A stretch of DNA of 64,000 nucleotides from Vicugna vicugna (Eukaryota), in the NCBI GenBank assembly GCA_013265495.1, contig MU058065.1:2829003-2893002 (forward strand). The letters run 5' to 3'. Numbering within the stretch: position 1 is the stretch's first letter; each line of letters opens with the position of its first letter. A program made the translations under genes and the position numbers. This document shows, piece after piece, positions 13,931 to 27,781 of this stretch. The notes beneath the pieces were generated by a model that worked only from the letters and a program-made list of their open reading frames with translations, had not been told where the DNA came from and made no database searches.

Positions 13931-15789
13931 GGGTTATGTTTCTATCATGATAGTTACCAAAATGTCTAAAACATATTTATTAGCCTGAAACACAAGCCAG
14001 AAATCCATTTTTCTAACTTCTCAATGTAAAAATTGTTCTTTAAAAAGGCCTGAAAAAATAGAAGCAAAGCAAATTTATAATAAATAAGATACATCATATT
14101 TAAAGGCCTCTGTACTTAAGGATAACACTTCATGAAACTAAAATCTTTGTGTCTTTGCCTGGAGCCATTAAATAAGGAAAAGGACATTGTGAAATTAGCA
14201 ATGTACACATTCATGCCAAGAATTGCGTATTGCATAGCGTAATAAATTCTCTGATATTCCATTGCCGTAAAATTGTGTTCTAGATTCATATTGCTCATAT
14301 TTCATCTCCTGTCACTGATTTCCTAAGAGAAACAAATTAAAATTGAGAGAGACTCTCAAATCTCAGCCCATCAGACACAAAAATTGTCTGACTAGGAATA
14401 TCTAGGAAGTTGAAAAACAAAACGTCTCTTCAATAGAAAAACGGTCATAGAATAAAAGAGGAAAAACAAATTTTATGAGAAGTAAATAAATATAATTATT
14501 ATCAGCCTGAAGTATTACATGATGAATTTTGAAAACATGAAAGTTTTATGTTATTCATAAAAACACTTTAAAATATATTCAATGCTATTATATAATATTT
14601 AGAATAACTCAACTTGACCTAAAATATAAAAAAACAGTAAACTCTTTCAACTAGTCTTGTCAACTATTCTGATTGATCAAATAATCTGTTTTTTATATTG
14701 TTACCATGGAAATCATCCATGAGTTTATATTTCAAAGTATCTAAATAGTATAAAATCAGACAACCTAAAGCTTATTCTGAGTGTAACTTGACTTATTTAG
14801 TAATGTTGTAAGTCCTTTAGTATCTTATAGTGGCTCAAGTGTTATCATGTGAATATGCTATCATTGTGTTAAAAAATATGGAAACAGAAAATGATTATAG
14901 TTCAGAGGATGCCAATCCAACAGAGCTTTCTGCATATTGTGTGAGATACACACCTTGGTTTTAAAATGAATCCTTTTATGAAAGCAGTTTGTTTTGGGGT
15001 TGTTGCTGTTTGCTGGAGAGAATTCTAGGAAGAGCAGATGACTACTTATGCCTTTTAGCCTAACTCCAACTCCAACCCATTCACCTCTCCCATTGGGGCC
15101 AACAAACAGATGAGGTTCAAGGGTACTGGTAATAGAGCTACTGCGGGTGAGCTAGGTGGCAACCTGTTGGCAGAAACTGAAAACACTCCAAGGATCTGAA
15201 TGCCATGGTATTTGAAGAACGTGGCCCCAGAGGATCCCTTGACTCTGCAGAAAAGGCAAACATTCACAGAATGAGGGTGCCAGGTCTTTCTATCTATTGA
15301 ACAACTGATCTAAATTTTCTCTATTCCCAGTAGTGAGGTAGGGAGAGGAGTGTAGGAAACAGAGAAAACATGCTTCTTTTTGTTGCCTCTACAAGGACAG
15401 CTGGCTGCCACTCCAGAGGTACCTCTCTCCTAATACAGGATCCATTCAGTCTTTTTAGTTAGAACTGAGCCTGGATTACCAAGCAAGAGTAATTCACCTA
15501 ACCAGGCTTGGCACCCGTGAAGAACAAACAGAATTCCTGAATTTTCCCCTAATGAAATAGAGCTGATGAAGGAGACAGAAAATGTCTTGAATCACAACAC
15601 AGTAATACTCAAGACAAATCCAGATAAGAAAAAGAGACTTTCTCGAATAGGAAAACAAACAAAACTTGATTTTGAAATTTGGAATTTTTAAAAGACATTA
15701 ATAAATAAGTTGAGAGAGATTGTTGCTATTAAGACTTGAATTTTTATCTCAAAAATCAGAACTCTGGAAACAATAAAAAGATCAATGTT

Positions 15790-16135
15790 TACTAGAATGA
15801 TGGGGAGATAAATAGCTATAGCACAGAGGAATTTTAGGGCAATGCAAATACTCTGTATGACATTATAATGATGGATATATGCCATCATGCATTTGTCCAA
15901 ACCCAGACAATGTGCCACACCAAGAGTGAGCCATAAGATAAACTATAGGTATTATGATGTATCAATGCAGGCTTATCCTTGTTAAATAGATATGTATGTG
16001 TATATATATATACACATACACACACACACACAATATTCTGATAAGTGAGGTTAATAATGGGGGAGGCTATTCATATGGGGGGCAGGGCAGAGGGTATATG
16101 GGAAATCTATGTATCTTCCTCTCAATCTGCTTTTA
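15790..16135 (+). mobile_element. L1MC-type 3' end fragment
   Basis: atactctgtatgacattataatgatggatatatgccatcatgcatttgtccaaaccc ... gagggtatatgggaaatct. Confidence 0.7.
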
Positions 16136-17199
16136 AAAAATTATCTCTAAAAATCAAATGAAAGATAGACACAGATAAAAATAATTAAGGAAGATTTGCT
16201 AGATATGAAGAGGAGATCCAAGAGACTTAAGCAACACTAATCTCGGAAGGAAAAAAGGAACAGAGGAAGCACGATAATTAATAACAGAAGTACATTGTCT
16301 CATCTGAAGGAAGACACAATTTCTGTCATTTTCTCAAACATATAAAATGATCGTGGTTTTCAGCACAGCTTGCAGGTTTTAAAACAGGAGCTCTCAACTG
16401 GAAACTTGCAGTACAGGTGCTAATTCTGGACACACATTAATTATTTATGTGGGACACGATGGAGCCTTCTCCCGCAGGTGTAATTCATACACAACCCACA
16501 CAAACCACAGGTACAATTCCTAAAACCTTCAGGAAATTAAGAATTCTACGTAGATAACTGGCTTCTGAGCAACGCTACTTGGAATTCTTTATCTGGATAC
16601 TATCTCAGATGGTTGGAAAGTTGCCCTCTCTCTGGTTCACCAGAAAGTTAAAAATGTCTAAACCTCAAAAATCAAGGCAGTAGTTTTAGTTTGGGGTCAG
16701 ACTCCAACAAGGCGATGGCCAATGTTCTTTCCCCCAAGAAACGTCTAAGTCAGGGTGTTGATACCAAGGATCCATCGTTAGGTTTGGTGGGAATCCAAGG
16801 GCACCCAGTCTGGAGATCAGAAAGAAGCCCAGGCCCCATCCTGACAATGAGCTCAAAGTTTCTCAGTGCTCCAGAAACGGCAAAGCCGGGCGGAGCCAAT
16901 GTCTAAGGATTCTGCAGTAATACATTAGCCAAATTTGAAAGAAAATATGTGATATTCATGTTCAAAGTTTATGTAGTTCTTTGTGTTCACTCTCCCAATA
17001 TTTGAGTGCTACACAGCTGCAGCTGATTATACTGTTAAATTTATAAAAGCAGTGTGTTTTAGCCATTTTGTGCTGTTTACAGTACATGTCTTACCTGATA
17101 GAATTTTTTAAAACAAAATTGTGTCCTACTGTTGATATACACAGAAAAACTAAATTTTATCTTTTTCTATAAAGCAGTTTAAAGTATAGTAAGCTTGAC

Positions 17200-17386
17200 C
17201 TACTTACATTTCAAAAAATTTTATTGAATCTTATGGTGTTGATGCTACATAAAGATTAACAAGTGGATCGTTTTTCTTGCGTGAACACTGCTCTGGCTTT
17301 TGAGGGAGTGTTTCCTTTCTCTCTGTTCTGGCTTGTAGTGGAAAGAGACTTTTTCAAGATAAAGAGGGTTTCATAAAACTTTCCAT
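17200..17386 (-). pseudogene. Terminal exon-like segment with poly(A) signal
   Basis: tttcttttttttccatag| acceptor. Open frame to TAA at 17256-17258. AATAAA at 17220-17225 (minus strand). Confidence 0.55.
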
Positions 17387-17601
17387 CTATGGAAAAAAAA
17401 GAAACTTCCAAAGTGCCTTTGGAATCTACTGCTATGGAAATTAAACCGCATGTTTCAACAAAATAAATCTTTACTAACCCTTTGAACAAGAAGAAAATAT
17501 AGATACTTAAAAAAATTAAAAACAGCCCTATGAATCAGAACTTAGAATTAGAACTAGTTAAAGGTTCCCAGACCAAGTGAACACAATTAGTGTTTCCTTA
17601 C

Positions 17602-17661
17602 CTGGTTTTAAGAGGCAACTATTCCATTCTTTTTCTTATCACTCAAGGGAAACATACCCTT
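17602..17661 (-). pseudogene. Penultimate exon-like segment
   Basis: ttttctctctccttag| ... cag|gtaagg, near-consensus sites. 60 nt with stops in all three frames. Confidence 0.6.
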
Positions 17662-18345
17662 CTAAGGAGAGAGAAAAGCCCAGAGCTCCATTCTCAGTCA
17701 GATTAGGTACACTGGTGACATAAGTGGTTTCTTCTGCATCCCCAGGGAGGCACCCCATGACACAGCTGAGCACTAAAGCTGCCGAATTCATGATGGAGAT
17801 CTTGGGGTCTGGGGTCCTATCACCAGGACTGGACGACAAGGAAGGAAGCCCACACCAATGCCCCAATGTATTTGTGTAGGAAATACTTATCACCAAAATG
17901 TCACTTTTGTTTTTTTTTTCTCTCTTTTTGAACTGCAACATTTAGCCGCTCATTTCAGAGGATTTAAAAATACTTAAAAGCACAAAGAAGAAAATGCATA
18001 TGCTATATAATCCTATTCTCCAAAGACAATCACTTTTAACATGTTAGTAGTATATACTTTCAGTATTTTAATACAAAATTGAGCTCACACTGTATATATT
18101 ATTCTATAACTTTGTTCTCTTTCTCCAATGAATCTTGAACATTTTTTCACGTCATTAATTTTTCAAGAACACAGCATTGTAATTTCCTACAAGAACTTAA
18201 AGGAGCACAATTTTAGAGTAAATTTTAAAGCAACTCTTTATGGAGCTTTTTTTTTTTAAGCAACTCTCTATTTTGCTATTATAAATAATGCAAAAATGAA
18301 CACCCTTGTAGGTACAACTCATGGTACCTACATACTCATGATAAC

Positions 18346-18451
18346 TTTTTGGTTTTTTTATTATAGTATGTATTTTTTTTAAAGTATAGTCAGTTTACAA
18401 TGTTGTGCTAATTTCTGGTGTACAGCATAGTGATTCAGTTATACATACATA

Positions 18452-18486
<35 letters not shown>

Positions 18487-19330
18487 TCCTTTTCATATTC
18501 TTTTTAATTATAGGCTATTACAAGGTAATGAATATAGTTCTTTGTGCTATACAATAGAACCTTGCTGTTTATCTGTTTTATATATAGTAGTGTGTATCTG
18601 CAAATCCCAAACTCCCAATTTATCCTTCCACCCCCCCAGCCCGTTCCCCCTTGATAGCCACAAATTTGTTTTCTATGTCTGTGAGTCTGTTTCTGTTTTG
18701 TAAATAAGTTCATTTGTCTCTCTTTTTTTTTTTTAGATTCCATCTATAAGTGATATCATATGGTATTTTTCTTTTTCTTTTTGGCTTACTTCACTTAGTA
18801 CGACAATCTCCAGGCCCATCCATGTTGCTATAAATGGCATTATTTTATTCTTTTTTATGGTTGAGATATATATACACATATATCTCACAACTTCTTTATC
18901 CAATGATCTGATGGACATTTAGGTTGCTTCCATGTCTTGATTATTGTAAATAGTGCTGCTATGAACATTGGGGTGCATGTGCCTTTTCAAATCAGAGTTT
19001 CTTCCTGATATATGCCCAAGGACACAAATAAACAAATTAAGAAATGAAAGAAGAGAAATTACAACCAACATCCCAGAATACCAAAAACCGTAAGAGATTG
19101 CTATGAAAAACTATATGGCAACAAATTGAACAACTTAGAAGAAATGGACAAGTCTCTAGAAACATACAGTCCACCAAAATTGAATCAACAAGAAACATGT
19201 AATTTGAACAGACCAATCACTAGAAGTAAAATAGAATCAGTAATTTAAAAAACAAAACAAAACAAAAACTTTCTGCAAACAAAAGTCCAGGACCAGATGG
19301 CTTCCCTGGGAAATCCTACCAAACGTACAG
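18346..19330 (-). mobile_element. Artiodactyl-type L1 3' end with an inverted 5' portion (ORF2 piece on + strand, 19021-19330)
   Basis: Minus-strand 3'UTR and ORF2 tail (MPFIATWMGLEIVVLSEVSQKEK) abut plus-strand ORF2 sequence (aacttagaagaaatggacaag). Confidence 0.85.
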
Positions 19331-19523
19331 TAATAACTGTTATTTGACAAAACCACTTCCCTTTTCAGCCCCTCTATGTGGTCCTCACATCAGACGTTCC
19401 TCAGTTTCTTTGACATTTATGCCATCAGATTTTACCACATCATTGTCAGTCAAGATTCTCAGCTGCAAGCAAAGAGAATAAATTCTGGCTAATTTATGCC
19501 CAAAAGTGAATTTATATGCAGCT

Positions 19524-19565
19524 TACAGAATCCCTAGGAAGACTACAGAATCCCTAGGAAGACTA
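19524..19565 (+). repeat. 20-bp perfect tandem duplication
   Basis: tacagaatccctaggaagac x2. Confidence 0.9.
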
Positions 19566-20224
19566 GAGAATTCACTGGAGGCACAATTCTGGCCCCATGA
19601 ACCTGCTTCTGCCCCAACTGCTACACACAGAATCCACAGATTGTACCCCTAGTATCCCTGAGACTGGATACTGGATACTGGTGCTACTGGAGACTAGAAG
19701 GAGCTGCTGAGATCACCATTTCTAGAATAGATGCAGCATTTGCACACTTAATTTTCCCAACTTATATTGCAAAGTCTCCAGCAAATGTGTCTGATTATTA
19801 GAGCATAGGCTGTGGTGATGTATTTGTATCTAGGAGGCATTCTAGAGGTAGACCCAAACTTATAAGATCAGAGAATCCCCAGGATAACAAGGGGTTCATA
19901 TTTCTCCTTTTCCATTTCTTTCCCTGTCAGGACATTTGATGTTATCAGCATGCATTTGGATCTAACATCTTGACCTCTAGGTTTCTTGGTCTTCTAACTT
20001 CCAAGATCTATTTCTTCACCCCACCTCAACCACCACCTCTGTAGTCATCTCCTTGACCTTGTCATTATTGTTATCTGCACCACCTCTGGTATCCTGCTAT
20101 CAAGCACCCACATCCCCCTCCATGAGCACCACTTCCTGTCTTTATCCACTCTACCACAACCATTCCACCAGTTCTTCATCACCCTTCAAGTTCCCTGACT
20201 CATTTATTCCATTATTATTGTCAC

Positions 20225-20792
20225 GTATCAGTTTTCTAACACTGCATAAAAGATCACCCCAAAATATAATGCCTTAAAACAACAAACATTTCATAGTTTC
20301 TGTGGGTAAGGAATCTGAGCATGGCTTAGCTGGGTCCTCCAGCTTAGGGTCTCTCACAAAGACTTAAATGAAAAGGTTGGTCACAGCTGTGTTCTCATCT
20401 TTAGGCTTGACGGAAGGAGAATCTGCTTCTAAATTGTTGTCAGGATTCACTTCCTTGCAAACTGTTGGACTGAGGACCTCAGTTTCTTACTGGCTATTGG
20501 TCAGAGGCCAGTCTAAGTTCCTAGCCATGTGAACCTACCACAGGGCACCTCACAACATGGCAGCTTACTTTATCAGGGCAGGAAAATGAGAAGATAAGAC
20601 AGTAGTACTAAGATAGAAATTGCAGTCTTTTATAACCTAATCTCAGAAATGACATTCAATCATCTTAGCCATTTCTATTTACTAGAAGACAGTCACTATG
20701 TTCAGTCTACATGCAAGGTAAGGGAATTGCACAAAGGTGTAAATACCAGGAAATGAGGATAATTAAGAACTATTACAGAGGCTGCCTACCAC
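20225..20792 (-). mobile_element. MLT1-family solo LTR
   Basis: gccttaaaacaacaaacatttcatagtttctgtgggtaaggaatctgagcatggcttagctggg ... gaggctgcctaccaca. Confidence 0.75.
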
Positions 20793-21209
20793 ATATAATC
20801 ACCAGCCATTCCTTCTGAGGCCTGACATGGATAAGAATGCACTGGTCTCTCATTCTAATCAGTGCCTGTCCCTTTCTTCCACTACTGGCATCCCAAAAAG
20901 AGCTCCAATTTTGTTTAAACCTTGCTCCATATCTGTGATGTACCCAAGTAGCTAGTCATTGGAAATTACACAACCATGCTATATGGTACCCTTTATAATT
21001 TATGATTATAAACCTCAAAAGGTCAGTCAGCACAGCCCAGCACTCATGTTATACTTCTTAAATTCATTTATTTTCCCACTCATTCAAATGATTTCACATC
21101 TTATGCTCCCTTCTCCAACATCTGCACTCTAGCCAACCAACTCACCATCAATTGCCATTTGAAATAGTTAACAGAATTTAAACCTAGTCAACAGAATTTA
21201 AAATAGTCA

Positions 21210-21855
21210 ATAGCCATATAAAATAATGCCTTTTGCAGCAACATGGCTGGACTTGGAGATTGCCATTCTAAGTGAAGTAAGCCAAAAAGAGAAAGAAAAA
21301 TACCATATGATATCACTTATAGGTGGAATCTGAAAAAAAAAAAGACTCAAATGAACTTATTTACAAAACAGAAGCAGACTCACAAACATAGGAAACAAAC
21401 ATGATTACTGAGGGAAAGGAGGTAGGAAGGGATAAATTGGGAGTTCAAGATTTGCAGATACTAGCTACTATACATAAATAAACAACAAGTTTCTACTGTA
21501 CAGCACAGGGAACTGTATTCAATATATTGTAGTAAAATGAAAAAGAATATGAAAAGAAATATATGTATGTACATGGATGACTGAAACATTATGCTGTACA
21601 CCAGAAATTGATACAACATTGTAAACTGACTATTCTTCAATAAAAAAAGAAAAAATAGATAAACAACAAGGTCCTATGTATAGCACAGGGATCTCTATTC
21701 AATATCTTGTAATAGTATAATGAAAAAGAGTATGAAAAGGAATATATATATATGTATAACTGAATCACTATGCTGTACACCAGAAATTAACATAACGTTG
21801 TAAACCAACTCTACTTCAATAAATAAATAAATAAATAAATAAGTAAATAAAATAA
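21210..21855 (+). mobile_element. L1 3' end with a duplicated terminal segment and two A-rich tails
   Basis: gcagcaacatgg..ctaagtgaagtaagcc. The segment aaacaacaag...caataaa occurs twice (~21480-21650 and ~21660-21850). Confidence 0.85.
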
Positions 21856-22129
21856 GCATTACAGGTATACGAATAAAAGAAAAATCAATCCCTTTATTTT
21901 CCATCAGCAAAAGTCCACACGTCACATCTTTTCTCATAGTTTCCTCCTGTTATGTTGAATAAAACTCCACTGCTCTCAGCAATGGCCTATACCTCCAAGT
22001 AATGCTCTGAATACCATCTTCCTCCACACTTTCAAAAACTCCCCTTCTGTAATTACTCCTTCTCTCTCTTGCGTCAGCAATGGCTGCCTCACTACTAAAT
22101 CATTCTTATCAACATAAAAGCTGGTCAAC

Positions 22130-22490
22130 TGTCTTAGTTGAGGCTGCTATAGCAAATTACAGTAGATTAGGGGGCTTAAACAGCAAACATATTTCTCACA
22201 GTTTGGGAGACTGGGAAGTTCAAGATCAAGGTGCAGGAGATTCAACGTCTAGTGGAAGCCCTCTTTCTTGTTCATGGACGGCCGGCCCTCTTCTCACTGA
22301 ATCTTCACATGGTGGGAGAGGTGAGGGAGCTCTCTGGAGTCTCTTTTACAAAAGCACGAATCCCATTTATAAGGGTTCTGCCCTCCTGACTTAATCACCT
22401 CTCAAAGGCCCCACCTCCAAATAATATCACATTAGGAATTAGGTTTTAACATATAAATGCGAATGTTCAACATATTTAGTCTACAGCATC
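22130..22490 (-). mobile_element. MLT1A-type solo LTR
   Basis: tgtcttagtt..gctgctatagcaaattac..ggcttaaacagc; taatcacctctcaaaggccccacctcc. Confidence 0.85.
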
Positions 22491-22605
22491 TAACTTAAAA
22501 AAATAAAATCTATCTCTGAGGATCTGACCTTGTCACTTTTCTTTATCATATCCACATATTATACATTTCTTTGTAGGTATCTAAAAAAAGATTTCTTGCA
22601 TACCT

Positions 22606-23024
22606 TTTTTTAAAAAATTGGAGTACCATCAGTTACAATGTGTCAATTTCTGGTATTTTTCATTGAAGTTTATTACAAGATATTGAACATAGTTCCCTCT
22701 GGTGTGTGAAAAAAAAAAACCCTTACTTTAAATCTATTTTTATAGAGAGTGGCTAACATTTGTAAATCTCAGTCTCCCAGATTTATCCCTTTCTACCCTC
22801 TTTCTCTGGTAACCATAAAATTGTTTACTATGTCTGCAAGTCTGCTTCTGTTTTGCAGATGAGTTCTTAGTGTCCTCTTTTTCCTTTTTTTAGATTCCAC
22901 ATATGAGTGATATCATATGGTATTTTTCTTTCTCTTTCTGGCTTACTTTCCTTAGAATGATGATCTCCAGGTCCATCCATGTTGCTGCAAATGGTATTAT
23001 TTTATTCTTTTTTATGACTGAGTA
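22606..23024 (-). mobile_element. Artiodactyl-type L1 3' end
   Basis: Reverse-complement 3'UTR, flanked by the imperfect TSD gcata(c/a)cttt. Confidence 0.8.
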
Positions 23025-24099
23025 GCATAACTTTAAATAACATTTCTGTAACAATGACTTCCAACTTTTTATCTTCAGGCTTGACTTCTTGCTATAATTC
23101 TAGAGGCATATATTCAACTGCCTCTTCACTGTCTATGCATGTATGTCTAAGAGACATTACAGATGTAACAGGGTCAAAATAAACTCTCCTCCCTGCTGCC
23201 CCTGCAATCCACTCTTCCTCTAGGATTGCCATCATACAGCTGCTCAAGTTAAATATTTAGATATTGTCCTCACTTCCTTTACTTTCCTCTTGTCAAATCC
23301 ATCAGCATGTCTTGTCCACTCAACTTTGAAACATATTCTGTATCTATCTTATTTCTGTCTTCATCATCACCACACGCATCTAGGTCATCATCACCTCTCT
23401 ACTGGACTCTGTGATGGCTTCTTAGTTGGTGTTTCCACTTCCTCTCTTGCTCCCCGTACAATGCATTCTTCATGCAACATCAACTATTCTTCATGCAACT
23501 ATTCTTGTTCCTACATTTGAGCCTCTTTACTAGCTGTTTACTCTTCCTGAAATGCTACTTCTGTACGTACAAAGGTCTCTGTCCATTCAGATTTCTGCCT
23601 TAAGCTGAGATATTTTGGATGCTATCTCATCCAAAAGGATTCCCTGATATATTCCATGTAAAGTAAAGCAGCCCCTTAGCAGCCCTTTCCAACCAAACTA
23701 TTTACATTGCCTAATAACGTGGATCACTATCTGATATTTTTGTTTGCTTGTTTGCTGGTTGTCTGTATCCCTCTCCATCTAAAATACAAGCACCTTGAAA
23801 GGAGGCTCTTACTTGTCTTGTTTACCACTATGTCCCCAGTGCCCAGGGCAGTATCTGGCACAGAAAAAGGATTCAATAAATATCTACTGAATAAATGATC
23901 TTCTCAGGAAATTTAATAATAGAATTACAAGGTCAAATAATACAGAAATGCCTCTTTAGAAATTTTTATTTCAGAGGATCTGGTCACTTTCAGCAAACTA
24001 GAATTTTTTCTGAACTTCCAACCATAGTGTTGGGCAGCACAAGGGAAGAAGATGCTATCTATCCCTGACACACAAAGTAATACCACAACACGCTCTTAC

Positions 24100-24270
24100 C
24101 TGAGCACAGGTTCTTTTATTTCTAACCCCTAAACCTGGTTTTTGTCTAGAGGATTTATGGGATATCAAGAACTTGCTTTAAAATGACTAGAGAAGAGTCC
24201 TTCCATCTTGCTCTTCAGCATCCTTTTCCACAGCCCTTTCGTTCCTGCATTAAACTCAATGTTTCACACC
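24100..24270 (-). pseudogene. Pseudo-exon, PH C-terminal helix-like and start of tail
   Basis: ttttctgtgcctattag| ... cag|gtaaga, 171 nt. Reads NIEFNAGTKGLWKRMLKSKM, resembling 'F.A....K..W...L'. Confidence 0.6.
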
Positions 24271-25459
24271 CTAATAGGCACAGAAAATGAAAGAAGCATA
24301 AGAAGTCTGAAGTACTTACATTTTTAAAAAAGTCAAAAGGGAAGGAAAGGAAGAGAATTCTACAGCAATCATTCTTTCATTCACTCAACCGACATTTGAG
24401 AACCTACTCTATGTCAGGCACTGGTCTAGATGTTGATGGTGAAGAAAACTGGATTTTGACAAATGATGCCTTTTCAACTTAAATTATATAGTTCCTTCTA
24501 ACAGAAAGGGACTTCTTCTTCCCATAGTCGATAATACTCTTGTCCTACTGAGTCAACAAGACCTGAAGCTATCATAGACTTTCTACATTAGACATGCACT
24601 GAGGATTAAGAAATGAGATCCAAACATTTAATGACATTAAAATGGCTTTTGTTTTATTTCCTAAGGACAAAGACAGTTCTCATGGTGTCTAGTGTCATGT
24701 AACCCATTAACCTATTTTTACTGAATTGTTAGATATAAAATTTTAAAACACATTAATATCTTTCATAGGAATATATCTCTGAATTGATGGTATCTTACAA
24801 ATGTACATTGTGTTTCTTTCTTTCTTATGTGTTGGTACATAAAAGAAATGGTACATCTTACAACTAGTGATGACTTAGATTAAATAAAATGCTGTAATAA
24901 TGTTGGGTGATTTGCATTGCAAAAGGTCTGGCAACCCACATGCTGGTAGAGTAGATATCTTGGGGTAAGGTGAAGGAAAGTGTGCATGAGATAGCTCTCT
25001 TGGTATGATTAGTTCTGCTCTCTGCACCTGAATGTGAACATAAAGTATTTCAGCAAACTTCCTTTTCTTTCCTACTTTCTTCAGTGAAATGACGCATCTG
25101 TATGTGTCCAAGCCCTAGATCTATACTAGCACCATGACCTTGGCAAGTTCCTAAACTATATTGTGCCTCTTTTTCCTCTTATATAAATTGTGGAAACTTC
25201 TTGACAGTGCTGTATTTAAAATGAATTAAACCATGTAAAGTACTTTGAACATTTCCTGGCAGAGGAAACCAACAATAATTATTTTTTTCCTCCCTTTTCC
25301 TTTCTGGATCATATCAAGTTCTTTTCCCCTTCCCCCATCTTTTCCCCTTCCTGGGACCCTCCAAAATAGAAAAGGAGGAACCATTTCTTCTGCACCATAT
25401 AATGAGAAGGCGGGGCTCCAAAGTCAGAGAAACTGTATCCAAATATAGATTCCTTGTAG

Positions 25460-25680
25460 AGTTTCTCATCCTTGGCAATAATGACACTTAGAACTAGTTA
25501 ATTCTTTATTGTGAGGAGACTGTCTTAACACTGCAGAATTTATAGCAGCATCCCTGGCCTCTACCCACCAGATGCCAGTAGCACCCCCAGCCCAAGACGT
25601 GACAATCAGTTATGTCTCCATAATTCCCAAATGTTTCTTGGAAACAGAGTTGCTCCCTTCCCACAATGGCAACCACTGTT
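25460..25680. mobile_element. MER20-like hAT element
   Basis: agcagcatccctggcctctacccaccagatgccagtagcacc..gtgacaatc..atgtctcca. Confidence 0.8.
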
Positions 25681-25860
25681 CTGGTGTTCGCCAGGTGGTC
25701 ACTTGGGCACTTGCTCTACCTTTAAAATAGGAATGATAATGTTCCATCCACAGTTCTGAGGATGAGCCACCGTGTGGGGAAATCTATTTCTGTACTCTAA
25801 GACCCATATAAACCAAATGGAAATTCTGTTTCTCATTTTCTAACTACAAATGTAGTTTAC

Positions 25861-26080
25861 TGTGTATGTTGAGGGATAGTCGGTGCTCCCCGAAGCTGAA
25901 ATGAAGCATAGCTAAAAAGAATGATCACACTGAAGACATCCGGGAACAAGTTATTGTTCATAAGGAATGTGGATTTTCTAGCAGGTCGTATAGAGTAACC
26001 CAGTCAGTGAAGCAAACACCTTCTGAAGGCCAGGCTCAGAGTCACACCAGCTTGGGATTGTCAAGGGCAGATCTTAAAAT
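25861..26080 (-). pseudogene. Candidate pseudo-exon
   Basis: gtttatag| ... aca|gtaaac, 220 nt, CpG-retaining unique sequence. The fewest-stop frame (two TGA) is phase-consistent with both neighbouring exons. Splice sites are weak. Confidence 0.45.
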
Positions 26081-26479
26081 CTATAAACTTAAATATGCTG
26101 CCTCCAAGCTTGCAAAATAGTAATATTGAAAGACAATTACGGAACCTTTGCACATTTATACCTCTTTACATATTTAATGTACATATGTAATGTACAAAGA
26201 GGTGTGAACAGGGCTGATTTGGACAAAGTGATGGCCATCAGCCTTCTTCCATGGCTTCTTCCAGTTCCCTTCTCCCCACTGGGATGCCTCACCCCTGTGT
26301 CTGGAACCCAGTGTCCCTGCCCACCCTGACTCGGAAGCCCTCTCTCTCCACACTTCATCACAGCACTTCCTTGCAGTAATTCTATTAGATCAACTTGCAG
26401 CCTCAAAAGGATCTGATGAGAACTCACTAAGTTACACTCTTCCTTCCTCAATTAGTACATTCCTTTTTAAATTACACTA

Positions 26480-26975
26480 TGTTTTATATACACACACACA
26501 AACACACACACACATATGTACATACATGTATATATACATTACTCAGCCATAAAAAAAGAATGAAATAATGCCATTTGCAGCAACATGGACGGACTTAGAC
26601 ATTATCATACTAAGTGAAGTAATTCAGACAGACAAATATCATATATCTTATATGTGGAATCTTAAAAATGACACAAATGAACTTATTTATAAAACAGAAA
26701 AAGACTCAAAGACATAAAAAACAAAAATATGGTTACCAAAGTAGAAAGGAGGGAGGGATAAATTAGGAGTTTGGGACTAGCAGATACAAAGTACTATATA
26801 CAGAATAGATAAACAACAAAATCCTACCGTATAGCACACAGAAACTATATTAAATAGCTTGTAATAACCTATAATGAAAAGAATCTGAAAAAGAATATAT
26901 ATATATATATGTATGTATAACTGAATCATTATGCTATGTAAATTGACTATACTTCAATTTAAAAAATAAAATAAA
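26480..26975 (+). mobile_element. Artiodactyl-type L1 3' end
   Basis: ctcagccataaaaaaagaatgaaataatgccatttgcagcaacatgg; A-tail; TSD-like aaattacac on both sides. Confidence 0.85.
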
Positions 26976-27566
26976 ATTACACCATTTTCTAACCAACCGA
27001 AGAAAGCTTTTCATATATAATTTGTTCCATAGTGGAAAGAAAATCACTCCGAAAATCAAAAGACCTGGATTTACCAATATTTTTTTTCTGGTCTTGTGTA
27101 TGGAATGCTGAAAAAGCAGAGACACTCTGTAAAGGCTCTTCTGGTTCATTAACTAAGAAAAAGTTCTGAACTTCCTCCTGAAAGGACTAGACCGTTACCA
27201 GATCAATAATTAGTTCTTATGTCTGAATTCACACACACATATAATGTGGCAACTCCTTTTTAAATGACAACATTTTTTTTTAATCCAGTAATGTTGTCTG
27301 ATTAAAGCAGTGGAACTTCAACAAACCTAAGTCTTCTAGACCAAATGGCTGAAAGGATGAATATTTCCAGTCTTTCTCTGAATGTTATTGACATCAGGAC
27401 AACTTCTGACTTCATATGTATTACTGCTCATTGGACACATTCACCAAGCACTCAACTCTGTCACAGACATGGAGCTAATTGTTTCAAATGTATTGTCTCA
27501 TCTAATTCCCTTTTAACTCTAAATGCCCCTGACTGGCATCCTTTACAAAGAAGCTATTGTACTTAC

Positions 27567-27781
27567 ATTTGTATCTAAATTTTAGAGTTTTCTTTTGCCC
27601 TGACATTACTTTTATCAAATCATTCATTTATTGCACTATATGAAGACAAAGAGTAGGTAATTTGATGAATGCTGATTAGTTTTTAAAACCTTTGATCATA
27701 TCGTCCTATAAATTTTTCTCTGCTGACGTTTTGTAAGTTACGGCCTTTCTAAATATCACAATTACCATATACTGCTTTTTA
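27567..27781 (-). pseudogene. Pseudo-exon, probable PH-like region (unit C)
   Basis: aaatttcag| ... aat|gtaagt, 215 nt. Stops in all frames. Contains NYLLFVFI*CNK, which weakly resembles PH 'YLFLF....CK'. Confidence 0.55.

Noticed and set aside
16691..16906. 71-aa plus-strand ORF in GC-richer unique sequence
   Set aside because: Non-ATG start, no recognisable protein similarity and no supporting plus-strand exon chain.
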